From: Alphaproteobacteria bacterium
GTDB lineage: Bacteria > Pseudomonadota > Alphaproteobacteria > MPNO01
DNA: 64,000 nucleotides
Assembly (NCBI GenBank): GCA_965248835.1
Contig: CBDFLJ010000001.1
Location: 64,001-128,000, forward strand
Direction: 5' to 3'
A model generated the notes under the pieces. That model worked only from the letters and a program-made list of their open reading frames with translations. It made no database searches and was not told where the DNA came from. A program made the translations under genes and the position numbers. This document shows, one piece after another, positions 18,956 through 30,179 of the stretch; within the stretch, counting starts at the first letter, position 1, and each line of letters begins with the position of its first letter.

Positions 18956-19669
18956 AGTTCGAAGATCGCATAGAAATTGACCGCGGCAAGCACGAAGTGG
19001 GCGATCAGCGCAAGCTCGCCCCGGCCGAAGGGCGGCAGGAGCCAGTCGAACGTGCCGGTAGCCAGGGTGACGGGCAGGGACAGGATCGCACCGGCAAACA
19101 ACGTTCCGCAGGACAGCGTCAGCGAATCCACGCCGTCGGGCCGTGCGTGCTCGGACAGCGCCACATAGGCGAGCGCATGCATGAGCGGCGCGCCGAATCC
19201 GATCAGCAGCCAGACGACGAGGCCAGGATCGGGCAGGCTTGTCCGCGGCACGGCGATCAACAGCACGCCGAGAAAACCCGCCACGAGGCCGGCCGTCCGC
19301 ACCCAGGCGAAGGCTTCGATCCGAACGAAGAGGCTCATCGCGTAGGTGAAGATCGGAACGAAGGTCATCACGATCGCCATCAGCCCGACCGGGAGCCTTT
19401 CCTGGGCCGAATAGAGGAAGATGTTGCCGAGGGTGAAGCGCACCAGGCCGATCCTGAGATAGTAGCCGAGATGGGCGCGGGCGAAGACCGGCGGCCGGCG
19501 CCGTACGACGCCGACCAGATACAGGCACGACGCCGAGCCGAGGGTGAACCAGAACAGGTAATTGAGCGGATGGATCCCGCTGGCGACCCCGATCTTGATC
19601 AGCGAGTAGAATCCGCCCCACAGAACGCCGATCAGGACCAGCAGCGCCAGGGCACTAGCGGCAGGCACC

Positions 19670-20653
19670 TTAAAGTGTGATCACGATCTTGCCGATATGG
19701 GCGTCCTTGCGCATTGCGGCATAGGCATCGGCGGTCCGCTCAAGGGGGAAGCGCGCATGGATCGGCACGCCGATCCGTCCGGCGGCGACCAGCTGGCCGA
19801 GGTCGGCCTCGGCCCGGGCGACGATGTCGGCGATCTCCTCGTCCGAACGGGTCCGGAAGGTCACCCCGATATAGTCGATGCGTCTGAGCGCGTGCAGGTC
19901 GAAATCGAAGTCCCCGGTCATCCCGCCGAGCCGGCCGACATTGACGATCCGCCCGCAGATCGCCGCGGCCCGCATCGAGGCCCCGACCGTGGCGCCGGAG
20001 ACCATGTCGACGATCAGATCGACACCCTTGCCGTCGGTCAGCGCGTGGATTTTCTCCGGCCAGTCGGCGGCGGAAATATTGACGCCTTGATCCGCGCCGT
20101 GCCCGGCAAGCGCCGCCAACCGCTCATCGGAACGCGAAGCGGCGATCACCAGCCCTGCGCCCTTTGCCTTGGCGATCTGCAGGCCCAGGATGCCTACCCC
20201 GGAGCCCGCGCCCTGGATCAGCACCGCCTCGCCCGGTACCAGCCTGCCGTTGGTCACGATTGCATCGTGCATGGTCAGAAGCGCCGTGGGATAGCTCGCG
20301 GCGGTCTGCCAATCCATGCCCTCGGGCACACGCAGTACATGGCGCGCATCGACGACCATGAACTCGGCGAACGCCGAAGCGCCGAACCCCATCACGCGCG
20401 CGCCCATCGAGGGCGTCGTGACGCCTTCGCCGAGCCCGGCGACCTCGCCGGCAAACTCGTTGCCCGCAACCGGCGGACCGGACGCTCCGGTTTCGCTCCT
20501 GTGCCGCGCGTTCATCAACAGGTCCGCCCTGTTGAGCCCCGCCGCGCGAACCCTCACGAGAACCTGCCCGGGCGCCGCCACCGGTGCCGCCAGTTCGCTC
20601 ACGACCTCCAGCCGCCGCTGTTTCCCGGCCCCCGCAACGATCACCGCGCGCAT
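19670..20653 (-). CDS. NAD(P)H-quinone oxidoreductase / zinc-independent MDR (PIG3-like)
   Basis: AAGLNRADL, GNEFAGEV, GAGSGVG, HIGKIV. Confidence 0.85.
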   Translation of the reverse strand: MRAVIVAGAGKQRRLEVVSELAAPVAAPGQVLVRVRAAGLNRADLLMNARHRSETGASGPPVAGNEFAGEVAGLGEGVTTPSMGARVMGFGASAFAEFMVVDARHVLRVPEGMDWQTAASYPTALLTMHDAIVTNGRLVPGEAVLIQGAGSGVGILGLQIAKAKGAGLVIAASRSDERLAALAGHGADQGVNISAADWPEKIHALTDGKGVDLIVDMVSGATVGASMRAAAICGRIVNVGRLGGMTGDFDFDLHALRRIDYIGVTFRTRSDEEIADIVARAEADLGQLVAAGRIGVPIHARFPLERTADAYAAMRKDAHIGKIVITL

Positions 20654-20768
20654 GCCACCATCCCTGGATTCCGTCGTTCCAGCCGCGCACCCGTACCGGC
20701 TGGGCCGCGCAGGCGCAACATGGAACTTTGGTGGGGAGGGGGCGGCGGGAGGGCCCTGTTCAACCGGC

Positions 20769-21740
<972 letters not shown>

Positions 21741-21743
21741 GGT

Positions 21744-22673
21744 CTAGATACGCTTGGCCAGGGGATGACGCGCCCGCACCAGCGCGCTCGGACGATCATC
21801 GGCAAGATGGGTGTAGATCTGGGTCGTCGCGAGGTCGGAATGGCCGAGCATGCGCTGCACACTCCGGAGGTCGGCGTCCCGGGCGAGCAGGTGGGTTGCG
21901 AATGCGTGGCGCAACACATGTGGGCTCACCCGTGCGGGGTCAAGCCCACAATCGCATGCCAGCGCCTTGAGCTCGCGGGCGAAATGCGCACGGCCCAGGT
22001 GGCCGCTCCGGCCCCGCGAGGGGAACAGGAAGGGCGATGCCGCGCCGCCGGCAAGCGTGCTTGCGCGCACCGGCATCCAGGCCTGCAAGGCGGCCCGCGC
22101 GGGCGCGCCGATCGGCACCAGACGCTCTTTCGCGCCCTTGCCGCGCACGCGCAGGATGCCGCGCTCGCCGCTGAACGCGCCCAGCGGCAGCGAGACCAGC
22201 TCGCTGACCCGCAACCCGGCGGCGTAGAGCACTTCGAGCATCGCGGTCAGGCGCACACCACGGGCATCGCTGCGGGCCCGCGCGGCCGCCATCAGCGCCG
22301 CGACCTCGGACTCGCTCAAGACCCCGGGAAGGCTCCGGCCGCGCCGCGGCGGATCGATCCCCAACGCCGGATTGTCCGCGCGCAGGCCCTCGGCGAGGAG
22401 AAAGAAAAAGAGCTGACCCAGTGCGGAAAGCCGGCGCGCGGCGCTGCGCGGCTCCAGGCCTCGTTCGGCGAGGCTGGCCAGATAGGCGCGGATGTCCGCC
22501 GCATCGGCTTTGATCAGTCCGGCATTGCCGGTGCGTTGGCGCAGGAACCGGGCAAAATCGGTGACGTCGCGGCGATAGGCCGCGATCGTGTTGAGTGCCG
22601 CGCCGCGCTCGGCCGCCATCATCTCGAGGAAAGCGTCCAGGTGGCGGGAATTGGCGTCGTCGGCTTCAGCCAT
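21744..22673 (-). CDS. xerD: tyrosine recombinase XerD
   Basis: ERGAALNTIAAYRRD, YAAGLRVSEL, GKGAKER, SPHVLRHAFATHLL, LGHSDLATTQIYTH; position next to accA. Confidence 0.92.
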   Translation of the reverse strand: MAEADDANSRHLDAFLEMMAAERGAALNTIAAYRRDVTDFARFLRQRTGNAGLIKADAADIRAYLASLAERGLEPRSAARRLSALGQLFFFLLAEGLRADNPALGIDPPRRGRSLPGVLSESEVAALMAAARARSDARGVRLTAMLEVLYAAGLRVSELVSLPLGAFSGERGILRVRGKGAKERLVPIGAPARAALQAWMPVRASTLAGGAASPFLFPSRGRSGHLGRAHFARELKALACDCGLDPARVSPHVLRHAFATHLLARDADLRSVQRMLGHSDLATTQIYTHLADDRPSALVRARHPLAKRI

Positions 22674-24550
22674 CACAGCCCATTGGCAACGGCCGCTTCC
22701 AGCGCCAGCGCGTGCGCTTCCTGCGCCAGCCCGACGCGGCGAAGCCCGTCGATCGCCGCGCCGACCGTCGCGGCATCGGCGCGGCCGTCCTGCGAATCGA
22801 CCAGCCCGAGCAAGGCAATCAGCACCGTCTCGCCGAGCCTGCCGGCGCCGGCGGCCTCCGCCAGCGCGTTCTTCCAGGCGATATCGGGGCCGGTTCCTCG
22901 GGGCGCCGACCCCGCAGCGGCGAGAAGCCCCGCCCAGAGTCCCGGCTCGGTGCTGCCGCCCTGGGCCTCCAGGAGCGACATCAGCAGGATCGCCTTCTCG
23001 CGGCCTTCGGCAGTGTCGTTCGCCTGAACGGCGTGCAGCCATGCGGTGAACGGGGCGGGCTCGACCGCCGGCGGCGCGCCCGGCGGGACCACGAACCGCC
23101 CAATGCCCCACAGCCGGGTCATCGCCTCGCGCGCCTGATCGCTGTCGGCCCCAGCGAGGTCCAGCCAGACCCGAGCGCGGTCGATGTCGCCGGCGGACAG
23201 CAGCGCCAGCACGGCGTCGCGGGCAAACCACAACAGGTCCGGCTCGGGCCGCATGGTCTTCAGCAGCGGCACGCTGGCCCCCAGCAGGACGTCCGAGCCG
23301 CCCTTCTCGCGGGCAAGGTCGTAGGCCTGGCGCAGCAGCTCCGCCTTGGCCTTGCCGTCGCCGGCGGCCCGTGCGCTGCGCAGCAGCAGGGCGCGGCCGC
23401 GCGGGCCCCAGTCGGCCTCTGCCGAAGTCATCGGTTCGGCCATCGAGTCCGCATCGAACGGCACGGCGTTGTAAAGCTCACCCAAGGTTTCGGCATCGAT
23501 CGCGCCGTAGCCGTAGGCCCGTTCGGCCGCGATCAGGCGGAGCTCGAGGTCCGCATTGGGGCTGTCGACCACCCCGCGCAGCACTGCCGGCCGGTCGGAG
23601 CTCAGGACATCGGCGGGGAGCCGGGCGTTCGCCGCCCGCATCATCGCCAGATCCAGACCGGACGGGTCGGGCAAGCTCTTGACGTCGGCTTCCTCGCCGC
23701 CGGCCAGCGCCTCCATCAGCGTAAAGAACACCTCCGTGTCGTTCCCGCCGCGCTCGCGCAGGATGTCGACCACGATACCGGCTCGCAGGCGGTCGCCCGA
23801 CAGCGTCAGACAGAACGCGCGGGCGTGCTGCCAGTAGCTCTCTTTGAACTGGCGCGCATGGCGGCGCACTCTCTGACACGCCCCGGCGTTATCGTTGTGC
23901 AGGAACAACGCCTCGACCGCCGCCCGCGCGATGCCCTGGTCAGTCTGATCGACCGAGGCCAAAGAGGCGAGCTGGCTTGCCGCGACGATCTCGCCCAGCG
24001 CAACCAGCCGCTCGACCCGCAAGCCCAGCATGTTGGCGCCGTTGGACGGTCCGCCCGGCGCCTCGGCGCGGCTGGTCAGCAGCCGGACCGCCAGTTCGCG
24101 CGCCGCGCGCGAGGACATCTTGATCGGCACGCGGGGCAGCAGGGTCTCGACCAGGGCGCGTTTCGTGCCGCGCCACAGCGAGACGCCGAGACCGCCCTCG
24201 GTCTGGCCGATCAGCCCGACCGACGCCGGGTCCGGCGCGGTCAGGGTCACGACGTCGACCCCAGGCCTGGCGCGGCCGCCCGGTGCCGGCGCTTCGGTTG
24301 GGGCAAGCGCCGACGGCGGTTGCGGGGTCTGGCGGGTCGACACCGAAGGCCGTTGCGGCGCGGTCTCGGAATCGGTGGGGGGCGATGCGGCCGATCCGGG
24401 CAGAGGAGTAAGCCGGACCGGCGGTGCCAATTGCCTGGGCGAATCGGTCTGGGCGATCTGGATGCTGCCGGCCTGTGCGGCGGTCGCGGCGAGCATTGCC
24501 AGCAACCCGGCCAGCAACGCCCGGACGACGGCGGTGCGTTTGCCGGGCAC
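22673..24550 (-). CDS. conserved exported hypothetical protein
   Basis: signal peptide, Pro-rich linker, 'GGLGVSLWRGT', C-terminal 'LRRVGLAQEAHALALE'; between xerD and aroK. Confidence 0.75.
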   Translation of the reverse strand: MPGKRTAVVRALLAGLLAMLAATAAQAGSIQIAQTDSPRQLAPPVRLTPLPGSAASPPTDSETAPQRPSVSTRQTPQPPSALAPTEAPAPGGRARPGVDVVTLTAPDPASVGLIGQTEGGLGVSLWRGTKRALVETLLPRVPIKMSSRAARELAVRLLTSRAEAPGGPSNGANMLGLRVERLVALGEIVAASQLASLASVDQTDQGIARAAVEALFLHNDNAGACQRVRRHARQFKESYWQHARAFCLTLSGDRLRAGIVVDILRERGGNDTEVFFTLMEALAGGEEADVKSLPDPSGLDLAMMRAANARLPADVLSSDRPAVLRGVVDSPNADLELRLIAAERAYGYGAIDAETLGELYNAVPFDADSMAEPMTSAEADWGPRGRALLLRSARAAGDGKAKAELLRQAYDLAREKGGSDVLLGASVPLLKTMRPEPDLLWFARDAVLALLSAGDIDRARVWLDLAGADSDQAREAMTRLWGIGRFVVPPGAPPAVEPAPFTAWLHAVQANDTAEGREKAILLMSLLEAQGGSTEPGLWAGLLAAAGSAPRGTGPDIAWKNALAEAAGAGRLGETVLIALLGLVDSQDGRADAATVGAAIDGLRRVGLAQEAHALALEAAVANGL

Positions 24551-24551
24551 C

Positions 24552-24689
24552 CTAGCGCGGCAACTGGTCATCGGGGATGACCTTCTCGACATTGCGGGTC
24601 GGCGGCGGCATCTCGACGGAGGCGACAAGGACCGCACCGCCTGCCACCGCTACCGCAACGCACAATATGATGGTTGAAACTCTGCGCAT
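24552..24689 (-). CDS. small membrane-anchored hypothetical protein (45 aa)
   Basis: MRRVSTIILCVAVAVAGGAVLVASVEMPPPTRNVEKVIPDDQLPR*; below the ORF-track cutoff; stop abuts the next start. Confidence 0.7.
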   Translation of the reverse strand: MRRVSTIILCVAVAVAGGAVLVASVEMPPPTRNVEKVIPDDQLPR

Positions 24690-24870
24690 CTATGGCCTTG
24701 CTCTTCATGGAAATATCGAAGACATCCCCGTGCATGTCGCTGACCGGGTTGCTCCGGTGCCGTGGTTTCCTCCTGGATTTCCGCGACATCAAGTCCGTTT
24801 CATTCTATATTTGGTTGATAATGCGTGACTATGGCAATTTTGCGGCGCCAGACTCGGGGGGCTCGGTCGC

Positions 24871-25455
24871 GTGGCGTTGAACGCACCCTCGGACGCCGCC
24901 AAGACCGGTGCGATCGGCAAGACCATCGTCCTGGTCGGGCTTATGGGAGCCGGCAAGAGCTGCATCGGCCGCGAGCTTGCCCGCCTCTACGGCCTGTCGT
25001 TCAGCGATGCCGATGCCGAGATCGAACTGGCCGCCGGCTGCTCGATCGAAGACATTTTCGAGCGGTACGGCGAAGAGGAGTTCCGCAACGGCGAGCGGCG
25101 GGTGATCGCCCGTCTGCTCGAACAGCCGGTCCAGGTGCTCGCGGCCGGCGGCGGCGCGTTCATGGATGCCCGGACGCGCGATCGGATCCGCGCGCGGGCG
25201 ATCTCGGTCTGGCTGCGCGCCGATATCGAGCTCCTGCTGCAGCGGGTCGGAAGGCGCGGCAACCGTCCGCTGCTGAAGGCGGGCGGGCCGCGCAAGGTCC
25301 TGGAGCGGTTGGTCGCGGAACGCCATCCGGTCTACGCCGAGGCGGACATCACCGTGGAGACCACCCACGAGGCGCCGGCGGCCACGGTCGCGCGCGTCGA
25401 CCAGGCGATCCGGGCCCATCTCGCCGAACGGGCGCTGCAGGACGCCGGGCCATGA
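24871..25455 (+). CDS. aroK: shikimate kinase
   Basis: LVGLMGAGKS P-loop, DADAEIE, FRNGERRVI, GGGAF, NRPLL. Confidence 0.95.
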   Translation: MALNAPSDAAKTGAIGKTIVLVGLMGAGKSCIGRELARLYGLSFSDADAEIELAAGCSIEDIFERYGEEEFRNGERRVIARLLEQPVQVLAAGGGAFMDARTRDRIRARAISVWLRADIELLLQRVGRRGNRPLLKAGGPRKVLERLVAERHPVYAEADITVETTHEAPAATVARVDQAIRAHLAERALQDAGP

Positions 25456-26561
25456 CAGAGACCGTTCGGGTCGCGCTCGGCGAGCGGTCCTACGATATCC
25501 TGGTGGGCGAGGCTCTGATCGAGGACGCCGGCAGCTATCTGGCACCGATCCTTCACGGCGCGCGGGCGTTCGTCGTCACCGACGAGACCGTCGCCGGCCT
25601 GCACCTGGCCCGGCTGGAGGCCGCCCTGGTCCGCGCCGGGCTCGACCACCGAACCATCGTCCTGCCGACCGGCGAGGCGACCAAGGGCTTCGCCCATCTC
25701 GAGCGGCTGATCGGCGCGATCCTCGACCACCGCCCGGAACGCGGATCGGTGGTGGTCGCGCTGGGCGGCGGGGTGATCGGCGATATCGCCGGGGTCGCCG
25801 CCAGCCTGGTGCTGCGCGGCATCGGCCTGGTGCAGATCCCGACCACGCTGTTGTCGCAGGTCGATAGCGCCGTCGGCGGCAAGACCGCGATCAATACCGC
25901 GCACGGCAAGAATCTGGTCGGTGCTTTCTACCAGCCGCGGCTGGTCCTTGCCGATATCGGCGCCCTGGACACGCTCGCACGGCGCGAGCGCCTCGCCGGC
26001 TATGCCGAGATCGTCAAGTACGGGCTGATCGACGATCCGGAATTTTTCGGGTGGCTGGAGCGCTGCGGCGCCGGGGTGATCGACGGCGACCGGGATGCCC
26101 GCCGGCAGGCCGTCGTCCGGAGCTGCGCGGCCAAGGCAAGGATTGTCGCCGGCGACGAGCGCGAACAAGGCGCGCGTGCGCTGCTCAATCTCGGCCACAC
26201 CTTCGGCCATGCCCTCGAAGCGGCAGCCGGATACGGCCAGGCGCTGCTCCACGGCGAGGCGGTCGCCGTCGGCATGGTGATGGCCTTCGAGCTTTCCGCG
26301 ACGCTCGGGCTGTGCGGCGCCGATGTGCCCGACCGCGTCCGCCGGCACCTGAAATCCGTCGGCCTGCCCACCGGACCCGGCGACATCGGCGCCCCGCTCG
26401 GCACCGCCCAGGAGGTCCTGGGCTTCATGCGCCAGGATAAAAAGGTCCGCGAGGGTCGGATCACACTGGTCCTCGCCCGCGGCATCGGCCAGGCATTCGT
26501 GACCGGCGACGTCCAACCGCAAGCGGTCGAGGCGCTGCTCGCGCGCGCGCTGGCCGCCTGA
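25452..26561 (+). CDS. aroB: 3-dehydroquinate synthase
   Basis: GEATK, GGGVIGD, PTTLLSQVDSAVGGKT, KNLVGAFYQP, LNLGHTFGHA, LLHGEAV, DKK. Confidence 0.97.
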   Translation: MTETVRVALGERSYDILVGEALIEDAGSYLAPILHGARAFVVTDETVAGLHLARLEAALVRAGLDHRTIVLPTGEATKGFAHLERLIGAILDHRPERGSVVVALGGGVIGDIAGVAASLVLRGIGLVQIPTTLLSQVDSAVGGKTAINTAHGKNLVGAFYQPRLVLADIGALDTLARRERLAGYAEIVKYGLIDDPEFFGWLERCGAGVIDGDRDARRQAVVRSCAAKARIVAGDEREQGARALLNLGHTFGHALEAAAGYGQALLHGEAVAVGMVMAFELSATLGLCGADVPDRVRRHLKSVGLPTGPGDIGAPLGTAQEVLGFMRQDKKVREGRITLVLARGIGQAFVTGDVQPQAVEALLARALAA

Positions 26562-26576
26562 TCCGCCGCCCGACGG

Positions 26577-26624
26577 ACAACCAACCACCGCAACAACCAA
26601 CCACCGCAACAACCAACCACCGCA
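26577..26624. repeat. perfect 3 x 16-bp tandem repeat (ACAACCAACCACCGCA)
   Basis: units at 26577, 26593 and 26609 between aroB and the corC-like gene. Confidence 0.95.
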
Positions 26625-26639
26625 TCCGGATAGCACGCC

Positions 26640-27950
26640 ATGACGACGGCAATGATCGCAACGCTCGGGGCAATCGCCGTGCTGTTGCTGTTATCGGCCT
26701 TCTTCTCGGGCTCGGAGACGGCTCTGACCGCAGTCTCCCGCCCGCGCATGCACCAGCTCGAGCGCAAGGGCGATCCCCGCGCGGGGATCGTCAACCGGCT
26801 GCGCGAGCGCAAGGATCGGATGATCGGTGCCATCCTGCTGGGCAACAACCTGGTCAACATCCTCGCCTCGGCGCTCGCGACCAGCGTGCTGATCTCGCTC
26901 ACCGGCGAGGCAGGGGTAGCCTACGCGACCATCGCCATGACGCTTCTGGTGCTGGTTTTCGGCGAGATCATGCCCAAGACCTATGCCCTTCGGAACCCCG
27001 ACCGCGTCGCCTTGGCGCTGGCGCCGGTCTTCCGCGCCCTGGTCGCGGTCCTGGGGCCTGTCGCCGACGGCATCCAGGTGGTGACCCGGCTCATCCTGAC
27101 CTCGCTCGGCCTTTACTCGCGCGGGGAGGAGGAGCGCAGCCGCGCGCTGGAGGAGTTGCGCGGGGCGATCGAGCTTCATTCCGGCGAGGAGACCGCGCCG
27201 CACGAGCGCGCGATGCTGCGCAGCATCCTCGATCTCGACGATGTCGAAGTCGAGATGGTCATGCGCCACCGCAAGGACGTGGTCGCGCTGGACGCCGATC
27301 TGCCGGTTTCCACGATCGTCGACGAGGCGCTGCGCAGCCCCTATACGCGGATCCCGCTCTGGCGCGGCCAGGCGGACAACATCGTCGGCGTCCTGCACGC
27401 CAAGGAGCTCGCGCGTGCGGTCCGCGCCCACGAGGGCGACCTGGACGCGCTGGAAATCGACCGGATCACCACGGATCCCTGGTTCGTGCCTGAATCGACG
27501 ACGCTGTTCGACCAGCTCCAGGCGTTCCGCCGCAGGCACGAGCATTTCGCGCTGGTCGTCGACGAGTACGGCTCGCTGATGGGCATCATCACGCTGGAGG
27601 ACGTCATCGAGGAGATCGTCGGCGACATCGCCGATGAGCACGACGTTGTCCCGGTCGGCGTCAGTCCGCAGCGCGACGGCGCATACCTGATCGAAGGCGA
27701 CGTGACGGTGCGCGATCTCAACCGGCAGTTCGAATGGACCCTGCCCGACCAGGAAGCCGCGACCATCGCCGGGTTGATCATCCACGAGGCCAAGATCATC
27801 CCGGAGGTCGGTCAGATGTTCGTCTTCCACGGGTTCCGGTTCGAGATCGTGCGCCGGCAGCGCAATCAGATCACCCTGATCCGGGTCGCCCCGCCCGGCA
27901 GCACCCCGGTCGAGACCGGCGCGCCGACCGCGCCGGGCCGGACCCGATAG
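26640..27950 (+). CDS. HlyC/CorC (CNNM-CBS-CorC) transporter
   Basis: SAFFSGSETA, ILLGNNLVNI, FGEIMPK, VVDEYG..GIITLED, ATIAG. Confidence 0.93.
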   Translation: MTTAMIATLGAIAVLLLLSAFFSGSETALTAVSRPRMHQLERKGDPRAGIVNRLRERKDRMIGAILLGNNLVNILASALATSVLISLTGEAGVAYATIAMTLLVLVFGEIMPKTYALRNPDRVALALAPVFRALVAVLGPVADGIQVVTRLILTSLGLYSRGEEERSRALEELRGAIELHSGEETAPHERAMLRSILDLDDVEVEMVMRHRKDVVALDADLPVSTIVDEALRSPYTRIPLWRGQADNIVGVLHAKELARAVRAHEGDLDALEIDRITTDPWFVPESTTLFDQLQAFRRRHEHFALVVDEYGSLMGIITLEDVIEEIVGDIADEHDVVPVGVSPQRDGAYLIEGDVTVRDLNRQFEWTLPDQEAATIAGLIIHEAKIIPEVGQMFVFHGFRFEIVRRQRNQITLIRVAPPGSTPVETGAPTAPGRTR

Positions 27951-28000
27951 CGCATGTTCAGGACAGGCTCTCGGCCAGGCCGGGGGGCCGTGCGGCAGCG

Positions 28001-28899
28001 ATGAGCCCGGCCGGTGGGGATCGGGACCGGGTTGCGCTGATCGCGCTGTTCGCCGGTGCCGGCGCGATCGCATTCGCGCCGATCTTCGTGCGCTTGAGCG
28101 AGCTGGAGCCGACCGCGACCGCGTTCTACCGCTTCCTTTTCGCGATCCCGTTCCTGTGGCTGTGGCGCGGCGCCGAGCGCCGTGGCGCGGCCGAGACGCC
28201 GATCCGGGCGCACGGCTTGCGTGCGCGGGCACCGCTGTTCCTGGCGGGGCTGTTCTTTGCCGGCGACTTGGGGTTCTGGCACTGGTCGATCGCCCATACC
28301 TCGGTCGCCAATGCGACGCTGCTGGCCAACACCGCGCCGGTCTCGTGGCGATCACCGGCTGGCTGGTGTTCGCACAAAAAGCGCGGCCGCCGTTCCTGCT
28401 CGGATTGGCGATGGCGATGGCCGGCGCCGCGGTTCTGATGCGCACCAGCGCCGCCTCGGGCGAGACCCGCCTCCTGGGCGACCTCCTGGGCGTGATCACC
28501 GGCGTCTTCTACGCCGCCTATCTGATGACCGTCGAGCGGCTGCGCGCACGGTATTCGACCGCTACCATCATGGCTCATGCGGTACCGGTGAGCGCCGCGG
28601 TCATGCTTGTTGCGAGCCTCGCCTTCGGCGAGGCGATGGCAGCAACGACGCTCGCCGGCTGGGCGGTCCTGCTGGGCGTGGCCGTGATCCCCCAGGTGCT
28701 CGGGCAGAGCCTGATCGCCTTCGGGCTCGCGCGTCTGCCGGTGGCCTTCGCCTCGGTGAGCCTCCTGGTCCAGCCGGTGATCGCGGCCTGCCTTGCCTGG
28801 GTGCTGCTGAGCGAGGCGATCGGCCCCGTCCAGGGGCTCGGCGCGGCGGCAGTGCTCGCGGGCATCGCCATCGCCCACCGCGCCGGCAGGACGGGCTAG
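28001..28899 (+). CDS. EamA/DMT family transporter (1-nt frameshift near 28343)
   Basis: FAPIFVRLS, TSVANATLLANTAPV, then second frame VAITGWL..GDLLG..GQSLI..LVQPV; one missing T restores it. Confidence 0.8.
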
Positions 28900-28903
28900 A
28901 CCG

Positions 28904-30157
28904 ATGGGCCCGGCGGAGACCCTGCGCCGCCTGTTCGAGACCGCCGTGGCGGCGGTGAGCCCCGAGGCCGTGCTGCCGGCCCATCTGCCGGCGGCGCCGT
29001 CCGGGCGGACGGTCGTGATCGGTTTCGGCAAGGCGGCCGCGGCGATGGCGCGTGCCTTCGAGGACCACTGGCCCGGTCCGGTCTCCGGCTTCGCGGTGAC
29101 GCGCTACGGCCACGCGGTGCCGTGCAAGCGGATCGAGGTAATCGAGGCCGGCCATCCGGTACCCGACGGCGCCGCGGTCGCGGCGGCCGAGCGCGCGCTT
29201 TCGGCGGTCTCCGGGCTCGGTGCGGAGGACCTGGTGATCTGCCTGGTTTCCGGCGGGGGCTCGGCGCTCCTGTGCCGCCCGGGACCCGGCATCACGCTTG
29301 CCGACAAGCGGGCGATCACCAGCGCGCTGCTCGCCTGCGGTGCCGCGATCGGCGAGATCAACTGCGTCCGCAAGCACCTGTCGGGCATCAAGGGAGGAAG
29401 GCTCGCCGCCGCCGCTGCGCCCGCACAGGTCCTGACACTGGCGATCTCCGACGTGCCGGGCGACGAACCCGCGACCATCGCATCCGGTCCCACGGTCGCC
29501 GATCCGACCAGCACCGATGACGCGCGCGCGGTCCTGCTCGCCTACGGGATCGAGCCCGCGGACCCGGTCCGCTGGCTGCTGGCGAGCGCTGCCGGACGGA
29601 CGCCCAAGGCGCTGCCCAACGCGCGGTTCACGATCATTGCGCGCGCCGCCGATGCTCTGGCCGCCGCCGCGGCGGAAGCTCGGCGGGCGGGCATTGCCCC
29701 CACCGTGCTGGGCGATGACCTCGCCGGCGAGGCCGCAGATCTCGGCCGCGCGCACGCAGCGCTGGCCCGCCGGGCACCGGACGGCGTGATCCTGTCGGGC
29801 GGCGAGACCACGGTCAGCCTGCCCCGCCCCGATCACGGGCGCGGCGGGCGCAACACCGAATACCTGCTGGCGTTGGCCGTCGCGCTCGACAGCGCCCCCG
29901 GCATCCATGCGATCGCCTGCGACACCGACGGCTTGGACGGCACCCAGGACAATGCCGGTGCGATCATCGGCCCGGACACGCTGGCGCGCGCGCGGCACGC
30001 CGGTCTCGATCCGCGCGCGGCGCTGGCCGAGCACCGCAGCTACGATTTCTTCGAGGCTCTTGGCGATCTCGTTGTAACCGGACCGACACGGACCAATGTC
30101 AATGATTTCCGGGCGATTCTGATCAACACTGGCTCCGCGCCGGCAATCGGCCTATAG
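28904..30157 (+). CDS. ttuD: glycerate 2-kinase / MOFRL family (TtuD-like)
   Basis: GKAAAAMA, AGHPVPD, SGGGSAL, VRKHLSGIKGG, SGGETTV, GGRN, TGPTRTNVND. Confidence 0.9.
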   Translation: MGPAETLRRLFETAVAAVSPEAVLPAHLPAAPSGRTVVIGFGKAAAAMARAFEDHWPGPVSGFAVTRYGHAVPCKRIEVIEAGHPVPDGAAVAAAERALSAVSGLGAEDLVICLVSGGGSALLCRPGPGITLADKRAITSALLACGAAIGEINCVRKHLSGIKGGRLAAAAAPAQVLTLAISDVPGDEPATIASGPTVADPTSTDDARAVLLAYGIEPADPVRWLLASAAGRTPKALPNARFTIIARAADALAAAAAEARRAGIAPTVLGDDLAGEAADLGRAHAALARRAPDGVILSGGETTVSLPRPDHGRGGRNTEYLLALAVALDSAPGIHAIACDTDGLDGTQDNAGAIIGPDTLARARHAGLDPRAALAEHRSYDFFEALGDLVVTGPTRTNVNDFRAILINTGSAPAIGL

Positions 30158-30179
30158 ACCTGCGCAACGGCGGACGGAG

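Larger units (their letters stand above)
17476..19668 (-). pseudogene. EamA/DMT family transporter interrupted by IS5
   Basis: N-part 19668-18956 ends NFYAIFEL; C-part 17661-17476 reads LIRIAGPVYMSQSLFLSVGFAVVLGMIVFGE...G*; removing the IS and one AGTT restores FELIRIAG in frame. Confidence 0.9.

Noticed and set aside
21744-22673. Tyrosine recombinase as a prophage or island integrase
   Set aside because: XerD-like sequence in a housekeeping accA/aroK context; no att repeats or phage genes.
26577-26624. Tandem repeat as a mini CRISPR array
   Set aside because: Contiguous 16-bp units, no spacers, no cas genes.
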